A DNA stretch of 64,000 bases from Octopus vulgaris (taxonomy: Eukaryota), in assembly GCA_951406725.2 (NCBI GenBank), contig OX597815.1, positions 7,316,001 through 7,380,000 of the forward strand, read 5' to 3'. Positions within the stretch are counted from its first letter, which is position 1; the number at the start of each line of letters is the position of its first letter. This document shows positions 1 through 13,360 of the stretch, piece by piece. The notes under the pieces are model-generated. The model saw nothing but the letters and a program-made list of their open reading frames with translations, did not search any database and had not been told where the DNA came from. Made by a program: the position numbers and the translations under genes.

Positions 1-175
1 GGAAAATAATCAGAGACAAAGAGAAAGGCGCAGGGGAGATAAACAAGTGGAAAATAGTGGCAGTTAAAGAAAGAGAGGGCCACTTGAGATGGTTCGATCT
101 GGTTGCCCCCCAAAAATGTCCAAGCTAAGAGCATTAGACCCCTTTGTAAGAAAGCTAGCGAATCTGTACAGCAAC

Positions 176-504
<329 letters not shown>

Positions 505-1179
505 ATCCAAGAATGGAGGTTGCGGTATTACATTTACCCCTTCATTACGATCGTTTCAACAACTCGCAGTTCAATGACACGTAGTATCAGAGCGCGCGCA
601 CACAGGTGCATTTGATTGCCTAATATTACAACATATCACATATGATCTATGTTCGTCTCATAAGACAAGGGTAAAAGAAGCGTTATTGCTAGGACATGAC
701 AATATGATATTCAATGGAGACGCTGTGTGTATTCGCTGCCTCTGTCCGGTGTTTCAATGTTAGTTTTCTTCAGCAAATTTCTGGCTGAAACAGGTCATTC
801 GTACTCTCTTCTCATAATGTGTCCATTTGGATATCAAGGCTGAAACACCCATCAACCAGCTTCGCCGGTTTGTCGATCCAGCCGCTGACAATACTGGGTC
901 AGCGGAACAGATTTGTTCTGTAGGTGCCGAACTGCAAGCCCATCGACCAGTCCGGGTTGGATTTGCTCGTCATTGCCTCCGGTTCCTTATGAATGGTGCT
1001 GATCATTTGAATTTCGTACCGTCCGACACCATTACGACGGCGTTGTTGCCATATACCTACACAGCTTTCCTGTGCCACAGTTCAAACTGGATGTCCTTTT
1101 GCACCTCTACTTGCTGCGGTGGTGACTCGAGAGTTAGTACATGGATTTGAGACGAAAGAGCAAACTGTTTGGCTATGTA

Positions 1180-1383
1180 AGCCGATGCGCGATCCTTTGT
1201 CGAGAACAGTGTCGGTCGGGAGTTTGACTGGGGCGGTACGTCTGTCAAACGGTAACGCAGGTGTCCCAAGGCGATCTCAGCGTGGACGGAAACCACACGT
1301 CGAGCAAAAGGGCAAAAGCTCGCTCGATCTCGATTTTCAGTACGAATACGAACCGCGAAAGCGTGGCCCATCGATCCTTTCCG
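1180..1383 (+). pseudogene. 28S (LSU) rRNA fragment, domain V region
   Basis: Contains GGGAGTTTGACTGGGGCGGTAC..TGTCAAACGGTAACGCAGGTGTCC..AAGGGCAAAAGCTCGCT.GATCT.GATTTTCAGTACGAATAC..CCGCGAAAGCGTGGCC, matching the conserved eukaryotic LSU core. Only ~200 bp, with no other rDNA nearby. Confidence 0.92.
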
Positions 1384-1385
1384 AA

Positions 1386-2168
1386 GGCGGCGAGCTGGCA
1401 GAAACGTTAGCACGCCGGGCGAATTGCGTAGCCGTATTTCGTCTGTCGTTACGTTCTGCGTTCAAATTCCGCCGAGGTCAACTTTGCCTTTCATCCTTTC
1501 GGGGTCGATAAATTAAGTACCAGTTACGCACTGGGGTCGATGTAATCGACTTAATACCTATGTATGTCCTTGTTTGTCCCCTCTATGTTTAGCCCCTAGT
1601 GGGTAATAAAGAAATACGTATTTCGTCTGCTGTTACGTTCTGCGTTCAAATTCCGCCGAGGTCAACTTTGGCTTTCATCCTTTCGGGGTCGATAAATAAA
1701 GTACCGGTTACGCACTGGGGTCGATGTAATCGACTTGATCCCTTTGTCTGTCCTTGTTTGTCCCCTCTATGTTTAGGCCCTTGTGGGTAATAAAGAAATA
1801 CGTATTTCGTCTGCCGTTACGTTCTGCGTTCAAATTCCGCCGAGGTCAACTTTGCCTTTCATCCTTTCGGGGTCGATAAATTAAGTACCATTTACGCACT
1901 GGGGTCGATGTAATCGACTTAATACCTATGTATGTCCTTGTTTGTCCCCTCTATGTTTAGCCCCTAGTGGGTAATAAAGAAATACGTATTTCGTCTGCTG
2001 TTACGTTCTGCGTTCAAATTCCGCCGAGGTCAACTTTGCCTTTCATCCTTTCGGGGTCGATAAATAAAGTACCGGTTACGCACTGGGGTCGATGTAATCG
2101 ACTTAATCCCTTTGTCTGTCTTTGTTTGTCCCCTCTATGTTTAGCCCCTTGTGGGCAATAAAGAAATA
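1386..2168 (+). mobile_element. tRNA-derived SINE (family B, GGCGGCGAGCTGGCAG head), four 184-bp body units in tandem
   Basis: A-box-like head and B-box-like GTTCAAATTCC. TATTTCGTCTG recurs at 1435, 1619, 1803 and 1987. Conserved core GCCTTTCATCCTTTCGGGGTCGATAAATTAAGTACC. Confidence 0.9.
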
Positions 2169-2497
2169 TATGTAGCCATTTAGTCTGCCCATTGAGTAGA
2201 TGTCGCTGCGCATTGCTGCGATTACGATTTTGAAAATTAAACTGAAATCGGTTGCACTGAGGATGGCTTTCCTGTACAGATGGTCGACCCTATCGAAGGA
2301 TTTCCATCGATCTAAATTGACCAGAGTCTCTGCGACGCTGGAGATCGTTACTCATCTTCTCCACAAAGAATCGTGTGAGATGGAGGTTGTCGTGAATAGA
2401 TTTGCCCCGAATCGCACAGGTTTATGCTTCTCCACCATAGTATGATGAAAGGCCCCAGTCTCTTTGTTAGCATCTTCAAAATTTGAACTTTGCACTC

Positions 2498-2915
2498 GCG
2501 CAGGAGTGGCTGTGTGGTAAGTAGCTTGCTAAACAACCACATGGTTCCAGGTTCAGTCCCACTGCGTGGCATCTTGGGCAAGTGTCTTCTACTATAGTCC
2601 CGGGCCGACCAATGCCTTGTGAGTGGATTTGGTAGACGGAAACTGAAAGAAGCCTGTCGTATATATGTATATATATATATGTATGTGTGTGTGTTTGTGT
2701 GTCTGTGTTTGTCCCCCTAGCATTGCTTGACAACCGATGCTGGTGTGTTTACGTCCCCGTAAATTAGCGGTTCGACAAAAGAGACTGATAGAATAAGTAC
2801 TGGGCTTACAAAAGAATAAGTCCCGGGGTCGATTTGCTCGACTAAAGGCGGTGCTCCAGCATGGCCACAGTCAAATGACTGAAACAAGTAAAAGAGTAAA
2901 GAGTAAAAGAGAGAG
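2498..2915 (+). mobile_element. tRNA-derived SINE family A (internal TA/TG microsatellite, (GTAAAAGA)n tail)
   Basis: GCGCAGGAGTGGCTGTGTGGTAAG head, GGTTCAGTCCC B box, CTTGGGCAAGTG core, tail CAGTCAAATGACTGAAACAAGTAAAAGAG; many near-identical copies in the window. Confidence 0.92.
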
Positions 2916-3693
2916 TAAAGTTATGACCAGAAATGTATGAAAAATATCCTGTTTGTTTGCATGTATTTCCCACAGTGCTACCATTCTCCGTTTCGCAGAA
3001 GTGAGAATTCGTGTTTTCTGCTGTCATTTACATTCAACTGCCAAGACGTTTGGCAGGTAAGTCTGGTTTTTACACGCAAATCTGTTGGGTTGACCATCCA
3101 AGCCAGGCGATTTCTCCCACTAACTCTGTCTCAACTGCTGTTATCGATTTTTCGCAGTAATTCAAATCTTTTATCAAGAGATGCAGTCGGCTGTCGATGT
3201 AAACAATGAAGTTCACAATCTTCTCAGTTCTGTCACTCGCTACGAACAGTTGAACAACTTGCCACGAGTAGTTAATGATCCCCCCCTTCGTTAATTATTG
3301 CCTATTCCTTAATTTCATTTCTGAATGATTTGCGCATCCGGAACGATGACAACAACTTCCAGTAACCTAGGTATCTACCCGGCACCTTTAGGTTGGCTGT
3401 GCAATATAGAAATTTATAACCTTTGTAACCAATCAAAAGAAAATCAAAAGACATCCGTCGCCATCTCTATACTTTGGCTTAACAACTATTTTATCGTGAT
3501 TCGATCCTGATAACCCCAACGCTATTGGTCTATAGTCACACTAGTACATCCAGGAAATTCAGTCGCCACCTGTCAGACAGAACTATGATTGCAGTATTAC
3601 CTTCTCATATGGTTAAACCCTTAAAATCCCGGTGTGGGCTTAAATCTCCCAGCTGTTCTAAAGAAACTAACATTCTCAACACGATCCTAGACA

Positions 3694-3920
3694 TTTACTC
3701 TTTTACTCTTTTACTTGTTTCAGTCATTTGACTGTGGCCATGGTGGAGCACCGTCTTTACTCGAGCACATCGACCCCAGGACTTATTCTTTGTAAGCCTA
3801 GTACTTATTCTATCGGTCTCTTTTGCCGTACCGCTAAGTTGCAGCGACGTAAACACACTAGCATCGGTTGTCAAGCGATGTTGTGGGGGACAAACACAGA
3901 CACACAAATATATTCACACA

Positions 3921-3976
<56 letters not shown>

Positions 3977-4137
3977 TACGACGGGCTTCTTTCAGTTTCC
4001 GTCTACCAAATCCACTCACAAGGCTTTGGTCGGCTCAAGGCTATAGTAGAAGACACTTGCCCAAGGTGCCACGCAGTGGGACTGAATCCGGAACCATGTG
4101 GTTGGTAAGCAAGCTACTTACCACACAGCCATTCCTG
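3694..4137 (-). mobile_element. SINE family A
   Basis: Reverse complement of 2498-2915. Confidence 0.92.
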
Positions 4138-6073
4138 GCTCAGTTGTGGGAATAGAAGTGCCACTAAATTAAAGACACTACCTTCACTGCTGCTGCTGTT
4201 TGGTAGGAACAGCTTACCATGCGGGTCCAATAGAGAATCGTCTAGTTCTAAACTTTATCGAAACAACACTGCTACAAACTGCTCGTTCCTGACCGGCCAT
4301 AAAACGCGTACACTCTTTGGTCAGTGAAGATGGACGCGAGTGTGTGCACCCCAGAAAAACTTAGTAACCTCACATCAGTGAGCAAGGAACTCCAGGTCAC
4401 ATACATTTATAGATACTATTCAAAGAGCTGTTGGTTGGTAGACAAGTGATGCCACTCACCTAGGTTATAGGGAAAGACAATCCGGACTTCTCATCGGAGA
4501 GGTCTTCGTGTGCGTTCTGTTTTAAAACTTACCCACGTTTCCTATTTTTCCTGACCGTCGAAAATCTGTTTGATGGAGTTTGGGGAACGAATTCGTCAGA
4601 GGTTTTCCCCTCATGTTCGTTTTTATGTTATGAACCCCTTCGATTCATTGTTATATATATATATATATATATTAACAAGAGTGAAGGCAATGAGAGAATT
4701 ACTGTATGCTTGGCGATTGGTGCTGCCGTTGTTTTTGTTGTTGCATTTATATTCTTGCTGTGGTTTTACTTGCGTGTTTTCCCCCTTGTTCTTGTTGTTG
4801 CGGTTGCGGATTTAGATGTTTGTTTTCCCAGTTATTGTGGTGGTGGTGGTGGTGGTGGTGGTGGTGGTGGTGGTGGTGATGGTGGTGGTGGCATTGGCGC
4901 TGGTACTGGTACTAATGATAGTTGGCTTCTTCATATCAGTATTAATATCTTCGGTGTGACAGGAAAGCAATTTGTCAAAGTACGTCAGGCGATCTCTAAT
5001 CTCAGTTGGTTATTTTGTTGGCAATGGATGGGTTTGATCGTCGTAAATAGCTTCACTGATAGATCTGGCTTTGATGTAGAGAATTTATTAAAATCACAGC
5101 AGAAGGAGAAAGAGAGGTGGTGGAGAAAGAACATTTCATTTATGTCTAGGGTTTATATAAAAGCTTTTGTGAAGAACATACATCAAACAACTCATTATCT
5201 GTATTAATAAAGGGCGATTCCCCCCTTTCTCCTCTCTTTCTCTCGTTCGCTCGCTCTTTCTCTATCTCCATCTTTCTCCTATCTCTATGTGTGTGTGTGT
5301 GTGTGTGTATGTCTCCCTTTCTCACTCTCCACCTCTCTCTCGTTTCATATTTATTCTTCACAAAAGCTTCTCATACAAGTCAAATGTTCCGTGTGTTGTG
5401 ATGATTTTAATAAAAAAAAAAACACCAACCCTTCATACTCTCCATCCATATCAGAACCTGATCTTTCAGAAGCTGTGATGCAGCCATCAAACAGATCCAA
5501 TTGCTAAACAATTGACATACTTTTATGAATTGCTTTACTGTGAATACTGAAATAAACAGAGCACTGATGTATATGTGTGTATGTGTGCGTGTATGTATAT
5601 ATATACTGGTGTGAATAGACGAGCAGAGATAGATAGATATCGTGTAATGAATTCTTTAGAGATATCTACGGAAAACATACATTTATTGTTATTTATCTCA
5701 AGACTCATCTTTTCATATTAAAATATCAGAGCGAGAGCTTAACGTTCTCTCGTGTGTAGATATTGTGTGTTGACCTAACTGCAAATAGTTTGTTTAACAA
5801 GGTTATATACGAGAAATTTTGCTTTCTCTTTTTTCCACATTCTGCATGGGAACGCTAAATATGCATTACGAGTGTTCGTAGTGTTGCAAGCAGTGCTGCA
5901 TCGATGGTTAACTACGGTGAAAATATATCAGTATTACATATTCGTTTCCGACTAATACTGGTTTTTTTTCATTAGTTTATAATTTCATTTTTCTGTCTCT
6001 ACGATTCTGCAAAAAATGGACGTCTTAATGGTAGACGTGAGCGTAAAATGCAGCTTGAAACGTCTCTCTAAAG

Positions 6074-6693
6074 CAGTGCTTTTCAAACTTTTTGCTGGAG
6101 CGGAACCCCAAGGAAACATTCCACTGGCTCGGGGAACCCCCTATGCAATAATTTAATAGTCTTATGCACACATATCTGCACAGGGTGGAGGCGCAATGGC
6201 CCAGTGGTTAGGGCAGCGGACTCGCGGTCGTAGGATCGCGGTTTCGATTCCCAGACCGGGCGTTGTGAGTGTTTATTGAGCGAAAACACCTAAGAGCTCC
6301 ACGAGGCTCCGGCAGGGGATGGTGGTGATCCCTGCTGTACTCTTTCACCACAACTTTCTCTCACTCTTACTTCCTGTTTCTGTTGTACCTGTATTTCAAA
6401 GGGTTGGCCTTGTCACTCTCTGTGTCACGCTGAATATCCCCGAGAACTACGTTAAGGGTACACGTGTCTGTGGAGTGCTCAGCCACTTACACGTTAATTT
6501 CACGAGCAAGCTGTTCCGTTGATTCGGATCAACCGGAACCCTCGTCGTCGTAACCGAAGGAGTGCTTCCATCCATTTGCACAGGAAAATTAAAAATTACT
6601 GCCGATTTTAGCAGTTTTGTAACTTCTTGCGGAACCCCTGGACTGTACTGGCGGAACCCTAAGGTTCCACGGAACCCTGGTTGAAAACCACTG
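6074..6693. mobile_element. hAT-Charlie-type MITE interrupted by a SINE
   Basis: TIRs CAGTGCTTTTCAA / TTGAAAACCACTG; 8-bp flanks CTCTAAAG / ATCTACAG fit the NTCTAGAN target; subterminal GGAACCC repeats. Confidence 0.8.
6185..6576 (+). mobile_element. tRNA-derived SINE family C (tRNA-Arg-like head)
   Basis: TGGCCCAGTGGTTAGG A box, GTTTCGATTCC B box, TSD TGCACAGG at 6177-6184 and 6577-6584; second copy at 52681. Confidence 0.92.
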
Positions 6694-6985
6694 ATCTACA
6701 GTGAGACAATAAACGTCCGGTTTGAAACAAGACTTAATCTACATAGTCACATGAGGATCTACAGAAGTTAAATCTTTGTCTCAGAGGGTTTGCTGACAAT
6801 TACATACAAATACATAGGAAAACATGTATTCCCCTATATAAATATATGCGTGCATAACATGAAAATCTCACAAACAAATAAAGATTGGGTAATTGTAATT
6901 TTTCCATTGATAGGCAACTTTGATAAACCATAGTACTGTAAGGTCTCACATATATAAATTAAAAAACCTCGATTAACAAGCGTTA

Positions 6986-8984
6986 TCATACTATAATGGG
7001 CATAATGTCCATCCGCCCGTCCGTCTGTACTCACATCACGGCCAAACGGCTTTGTAGGGGTGTTCGGGGGTGGGGTTCTCTAGGGTGGTTTATATATAGG
7101 TTTAGTCCCTCCTGCCCCCTATTTTCAGAGAAATTCCATCAATTGAGGTAACTTTGGTACCCGGAGATAACTTTGGCAGAAGAAATAGGGTGGCCTATAC
7201 CCTCCTAAAGGACATGCTTGACCTCCTCCTTCTACCCCTGTCTCTGTCCCACCAACACCCCTACCTGAGTAACACCAACAATTAATGCAAATTTGGCACC
7301 CGAAGGTAAGTTTTGTAAGAGGAATAGAGAGGCCTACCGTCTCCTGAAAAAAATCAATCCGACCTCCTCTTCCTCCCCCCCCCCAACCTCTTCTCCCTCA
7401 ATTGAGTAATATTGTCGAATGAAGTAACTTTGGCAATTTGAACTTGCTACACTGAATGTAAGGGGCAGATCTCTCCTTTCGAACACATGAACAGTTTTGA
7501 AGCATTGTTTACAAAATAATAGCTGATCGTTTGCGAAGGAGCGTGTCCACAGTCAACACGTAGGATTTTTGCTCTGGTAACTTTTCCTTACTATGTATCA
7601 TACTACGATGTATAAAACAGTGAATGACATGATATACGTTCATTATATTACACGTTAATTAAAATGCAACAAAAGATTTTTTTTTATGTTGCTCATTTAT
7701 TATTTTATTCGTGTCAGATCATGACACCAAAACGGAAGTCGTCAATTGGAAGAAAAAACAAGAAATGCTGCTTCTGCCAGTAGGACTCGGTCGGACGAAG
7801 CGTACAGAGAAGCCGAAGAAGAAAGAGATACAGAAGCACGGAGTGCAAAGCGCCAAAATATAGAAGTGAGAAACTCTGAGCAACAAAGAAATACCTCAGC
7901 ACGTCGATCAAGTGGGCTAAATCTGGCTGTCAGAGATGCAGAACAAAACGAAAATACCGCAGTACGTCGATCAAGAAGTTCTTCTACAGTTAGAGCTACC
8001 GAACAAACCTATAACACTCGAGCACGACTGCGAGCTAGGCCAGCGCAATTGCGAGTCGAAGAGGATGAGTTACAAAATATTTCCCTTGCGGATAATGAAA
8101 TCGATGAAATGATCAGAGATTATAACTCAATTGCAGTGCAAGATAGATTTTGACGAAAATAAAATCCCAGTATCACACCGGTATCACAGCTGTGGCAGTT
8201 TTGAAGTTGATGTATGCCCGCATTGCAAAGCGAAACACTGGCCTACTGAACCAATTTCCCTATGCTGTGAAAAAAAGAAAGTTGAAGTTGAGCCTATTCC
8301 AAATCTATCAGATGACTAGCACTATGACCCGGCAACGTCGAGTCATAGTGCTAGTGCATGCATATACAGCTGCATGCGTGCGCACATACACGCGAGTACT
8401 GTCCAAATCTCCGACCAATCACATACAGCTGGCTGGCATTCAATTGGCGTATCAAGTTTCGGGCATTTTGATTGGGTTTTGGATAGAAAATTCACAAAAA
8501 ATTCACTTCTATTGATTTTTTAATGGCTTTGCGGGGTGACTGGGGAAAATGTAAAGATGTGCACGACCACCCTTGGACGGTTTTGAATTACCATAGAAAG
8601 TGTGAGCCCTCTAACTGAAAAATTGTGGATTTGTATAAAGGATACACACACACAGACACACACAGACATTTTGCCGTTTATATATATAGAGATATTCTGA
8701 AATTATGGGGCGATGGCAGATTTATAACAAAAATTCGATCATACAACAATACACTTGCATTTGCTTCAATTGAATGCAAAATTGATATTTCGTCAAATGG
8801 ATTTAATCCAGCATTCAAAATACAAGGTAAGAGCCAGACTCTGGATCGCGTCGGTGTGTTTTTACCCTCTCCCACGTTCACGTACGACTAGCTGTATGTC
8901 ACGATGAGTAGGGCAACGGATTCAGCTAATTTGAAACTTAGTTGTGGACAAACGGAGAATATTGCTTACAAAGAGGTTTTGTAA
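6986..8984 (+). mobile_element. Internally deleted Helitron (Rep/Hel pseudogene)
   Basis: A|TC 5' end. MTPKRKSSIGRK start; Zn finger CPHCKAKHWPTE..LCC; IRSYNNTLAFAS..FKIQG joined to the PIF1-helicase C-terminus QTLDRVGVFLPSPTF..LYVTMSR..TENIAYKEVL*. 3' end not located. Confidence 0.85.
8316..8692 (-). mobile_element. Non-autonomous Helitron nested in the Helitron ORF
   Basis: Minus-strand 5' TC and 3' hairpin + CTAG; inserted between A8315 and T8693 with no TSD. Removing it restores the frame NLSDDILKLW. Confidence 0.9.
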
Positions 8985-9087
8985 AGACAGTACCATGAAT
9001 GTGTTATGTAATATCATGGTCTAAATCCTAAGGAAGGATGGATAAATAGATTAGTTTGAGTGAATGGAAACATAGATTCAGTTAAAA

Positions 9088-9303
9088 TGAGGGGTGCTGA
9101 AAAGTTCCTGGCTTTAAGGGTGTCCCGAAAGGCCTGGTTGGAGGCCCAAACTTCCGAGTTCTTTCACAGGGATCAGAGAAACTGAAGGACTGCTGTAATA
9201 AGTGTGTGAACCTGAGAGGGGAATTCGCCGAATGAAATTATTATTGACTGATCCACCCGTATTTTCTTTTACCCAAAGCCAGGAACTTTTCAGCACACCC
9301 TCG
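9088..9303. mobile_element. Mariner-type MITE
   Basis: TIRs GAGGGGTGCTGAAAAGTTCCTGGCTTT / AAAGCCAGGAACTTTTCAGCACACCCTCG followed by TA. Confidence 0.8.
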
Positions 9304-10151
9304 TATATGATGTTGTCGCATTGCCACAAACATAAAGTCATAACCGGTTTAATCGATAGAGTGACTAACTATCAGAAGGTCGAACAGTAATATCTTACAA
9401 ATAGCGATTTATTCCGTGGTTCTGATGCTGTTTTTTTTTCTTTGTGTCTTTAGATGAAAAGTCACGTTACTCTACTGGATCGTTAGATCAACATGAAATG
9501 CGTCATCAATAATGCGTGCAGAGCATGTCAGGCCTCCGTCACAGCTTAGCCCAGCAACTTGGAAATTACTGTAACAGGAAATGACTAACCAAAGAAACGA
9601 ACTCGATGAGCAGATTCCGTTTGCCGAGCATTTACAACAAACTTTCAGCATTTGCCAAAGTCTAACGCACTCAGCCGTGGCTAACTCTGATTAAGCACAC
9701 GGATCATCAAAGGCCTACAAGATTGATAATCCTATTGTTTTGAGAGTATCTGGGACTGCGTTGTCCTTACTTTTATTTAGATTGTGTCGTGTGTTTTAAG
9801 GGAGATTTAGCCTCTATTTTCAGCATCGTCAATCGAAGCATGTGTTGTCCCAGCAGTAGTGAAGCCCTAAGTTATATAAAACTTGCAGGCGCCTTTTTTT
9901 AACATTTTACTCCACAAAAATGAAAATCATGTCTTTTCATTATTTTGAGGTCTCCAAAAATTGCGAGCCCTTAATATTTAGATTGCTTAAATCAGACCCT
10001 GTGTCCAACAATTTATTGTTGCCCTTTCCCTTATTCTATAGGCATTTATATCAGCATCACGCTTACCAATACCCCATCTCCATAAACATGAACTTTCTTA
10101 CACAGGCCTTAAACACGACTTTCCACGCCTCATTTTCAATCCTCGCTCAAA

Positions 10152-10708
<557 letters not shown>

Positions 10709-10873
10709 TATTAAAAAAAAATGTACGAAATTTATATAAATTCTACGTTCGAATACTTGTTACGATAGAAATATTTTCACAACTTTGTACAACAACATAC
10801 CTGTCAAATATAATCTTTCACAGAATATTGTTCCTATATATTATTACATTTACCATATAGTAATGTTGCTTTT

Positions 10874-11275
10874 ATCAAATATCGTTTGGTATTTCATACA
10901 ATATTGCCCTAAATTTAATATAAAGTTAACAGTAGAATATGAAGACACCAGAGATGGTCTGTGTCAGCAATTAGTAATTTCTATCGAAATGTTAGGCCCT
11001 TCATCTGCATCATAACAAACCAATTTAATTTACATTGGAATTGTTTATATTTATCGAATATTGTTTGGCGTTTCATAGAATATGGTATCTGTCGAATATA
11101 GTTTGATATTTCATAAAATATGGTATCTACCAGACATAACTTGGCATTTCATAGAGCGTGGTACCATTGGTATTTCACAGAATACGAAATACAGTTTGTT
11201 ATCAAATACAGTTTGAGATTTCATACAATATCGTAATTATCTAATATAGTTTGGTATTTTATATTTCGTGGATCT
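10874..11275. repeat. Diverged ~35-40 bp minisatellite
   Basis: Recurring ATC(A/G)AATA..GTTTGGTATTTCATA.AATAT variants. Confidence 0.65.
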
Positions 11276-11339
11276 TGTCTGTGAGTCTCTACAGGAATCT
11301 AGTGGTTTATTTTTATAGGAAAATCTGAACGACTGCATA

Positions 11340-11547
11340 TACTCTTTACTCTTTACTCTTTTACTTGTTTCAGTCATTTGACACCGGCCATGCTGGAGCA
11401 CCACCTTTAGTCGAGCAAATCGACCCCAGGACTTATTCTTTGTAATCCCAGTACTTATTCTATCGGTCTCTTTTGCCGAACCGCTAAGTGACGGGGACGT
11501 AAACACACCAGCATCGGTTGTCAAGCAATGCTAGGGGGACAAACACA

Positions 11548-11599
<52 letters not shown>

Positions 11600-11780
11600 A
11601 TATATATACATATATACGACAGGCTTCTTTCAGTTTCCGTCTACCAAATCCACTCACAAGGCATTGGTCGGCCCGGGGCTATAGCAGAAGACACCTTGCC
11701 CAAGGTGCCACGTAGTGGGACTGAACCTGGAACCATGTGGTTGGTTAGCAAGCTACTTACCACACAGCCACTCCTGCGCC
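11340..11780 (-). mobile_element. SINE family A
   Basis: Full copy. Confidence 0.92.
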
Positions 11781-12569
11781 TATGTATACACCAACGTATA
11801 TATTACATGTATATGTTATTTTTACATAAATTCCTGATCTTACTTTCATATTCACAAAGCTAAGTATGCACGCATCCGTCTCCACTCTGCTCTACCCAGA
11901 AACCACGTCTCTAACTATCCACTTCCTTCCTCCATTAATACTATCACTCTTGTATAATATACAACAGACAAAACTATCTTTTTCATATATAAAGGCATTG
12001 ACCTCGAAATGTCGGCAGTTTTCCTTTCTTCAAGCCAACTAGATATATTTTCAATAACGACCACCTTTTTAACATACATAGCCACGCATAATACATAACT
12101 GTTGAAGTTGCATTCATAATTATTCTGTCTGCCTTATCCCATCTACATAAAACTAAAGAGAACTGCAACGAAAGTTCCACGTCCATTGATCCTGAAAGGG
12201 TTTATGTAGTTTGAAGTAAGTTTTTAAGCTGCTTTTAATGAGTCGACGAGTTGATTGTAATGTGTGTCTGTGTGTGTATAGGATTGGTAGTAATGATGAT
12301 GATGATGATATACAATCATATCACAAATCATTAAGAGCAAAAGTAGATACATAAAGGCGATATTAGGCGTTAGAGGTTGGAAATATGCTGATTATGTCGG
12401 CGATATCAGACAATTAACGAGATTATGATGACGTAGGATGTGGAATATATGTAGAAAATTCTATTAAGGAGTTTATGAAATGGCTGCTGTTGTTGTATAT
12501 CCCTAGACGAAAGGCATTCCAGCCGTGACAGACATGGTTTATCTGAGACTGTGTTAACCAAATATGTCC

Positions 12570-12819
12570 TTTTTATTCTTTTATTCTTCTATTCTTTTAC
12601 TAGTTTAGTCATTTGATTGTGGCCATGTTGGAGCACCGCCTTAAAAGGTTTTAGTCGAAGAAATCGACCTCAAAACTTATTCTTTGTAAGCCTAGTACTT
12701 ATTTTTTCAGTTCCTTTTGCCGAACCGTTAAGTTACGGGGACATAAATACACCAGCATCGGCTGTCAAGCGATGGCGGGGGTACCAACACAGACACACAA
12801 ACACACACATACAGATACA

Positions 12820-12894
<75 letters not shown>

Positions 12895-13065
12895 GCACAC
12901 ACACGACGGGTCTCTTTCAGTTTCCGTCAACCAAATCTGTTCAAAGGTTTTGGTCGGCCCGAGGATATAGTAAAAGACACTTGCAAAAGGTGCCACGCAG
13001 AGGAACTGAACCCGAAACCATGTGCCTGAGAAGCAAGCTCCTTAATACACAGCCACGCCTGCGCC
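12570..13065 (-). mobile_element. SINE family A, older diverged copy
   Basis: Full copy with more substitutions. Confidence 0.88.
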
Positions 13066-13169
13066 TATTTCTTAAAAAAAAAAAGAAAAAAAAACAAAAT
13101 AGAAAAGGTATAATGTAATTCGAGATAGTTTTGGGAGTCATATTCAGCAATCCGAGAGACCACTTACAG

Positions 13170-13360
13170 GCTGCACCATTAAATCGCATGTAAAATGCGT
13201 GAGTCAATGTGAGAGCCCCTACGTAGTCAACTAACCTGCAAGAAATATCAGCCAAATCTCCCTCAAATCTCACTTTAATGTTTTTCAAAAACGAGATGGA
13301 ACGCCTTTTCGATCATAGGTCATTCTAATTAAATTTAGCCTTGAGCTAAACAGCAACCAC
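13170..13360 (+). mobile_element. Old dispersed repeat (probable ancient SINE remnant)
   Basis: CTGCAAGAAATATCAGCCAAATCTCCCTCAAATC motif; related segments at ~25260-25430 (+), ~9690-9830 (-) and inside the 48336-48444 hairpin. Confidence 0.5.

Larger units (their letters stand above)
2168..5140 (-). mobile_element. Decayed Tx1/L1-clade LINE (APE endonuclease + RT; possible ORF1 remnant), split by two SINEs
   Basis: Minus-strand translation with frameshifts gives IVSINVCDL..VAVLFR..LDPHGKL (~4150-4430), LSDRWRL..GYWKL (~3350-3600) and TCAIRGKSIHDNLHL..LVNLDRWKSFDRVDH..RLNGY (2170-2490). The 4430-5140 extension is tentative. Confidence 0.75.

Noticed and set aside
780-1150. 107-aa ORF, or a possible Gypsy integrase C-terminus on the minus strand
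   Set aside because: No recognisable domain; similarity too weak to call without a search.
6185-6260. tRNA gene, and likewise the other SINE heads
   Set aside because: A and B boxes are present but there is no complete cloverleaf, and the sequence continues into a SINE body with TSDs.
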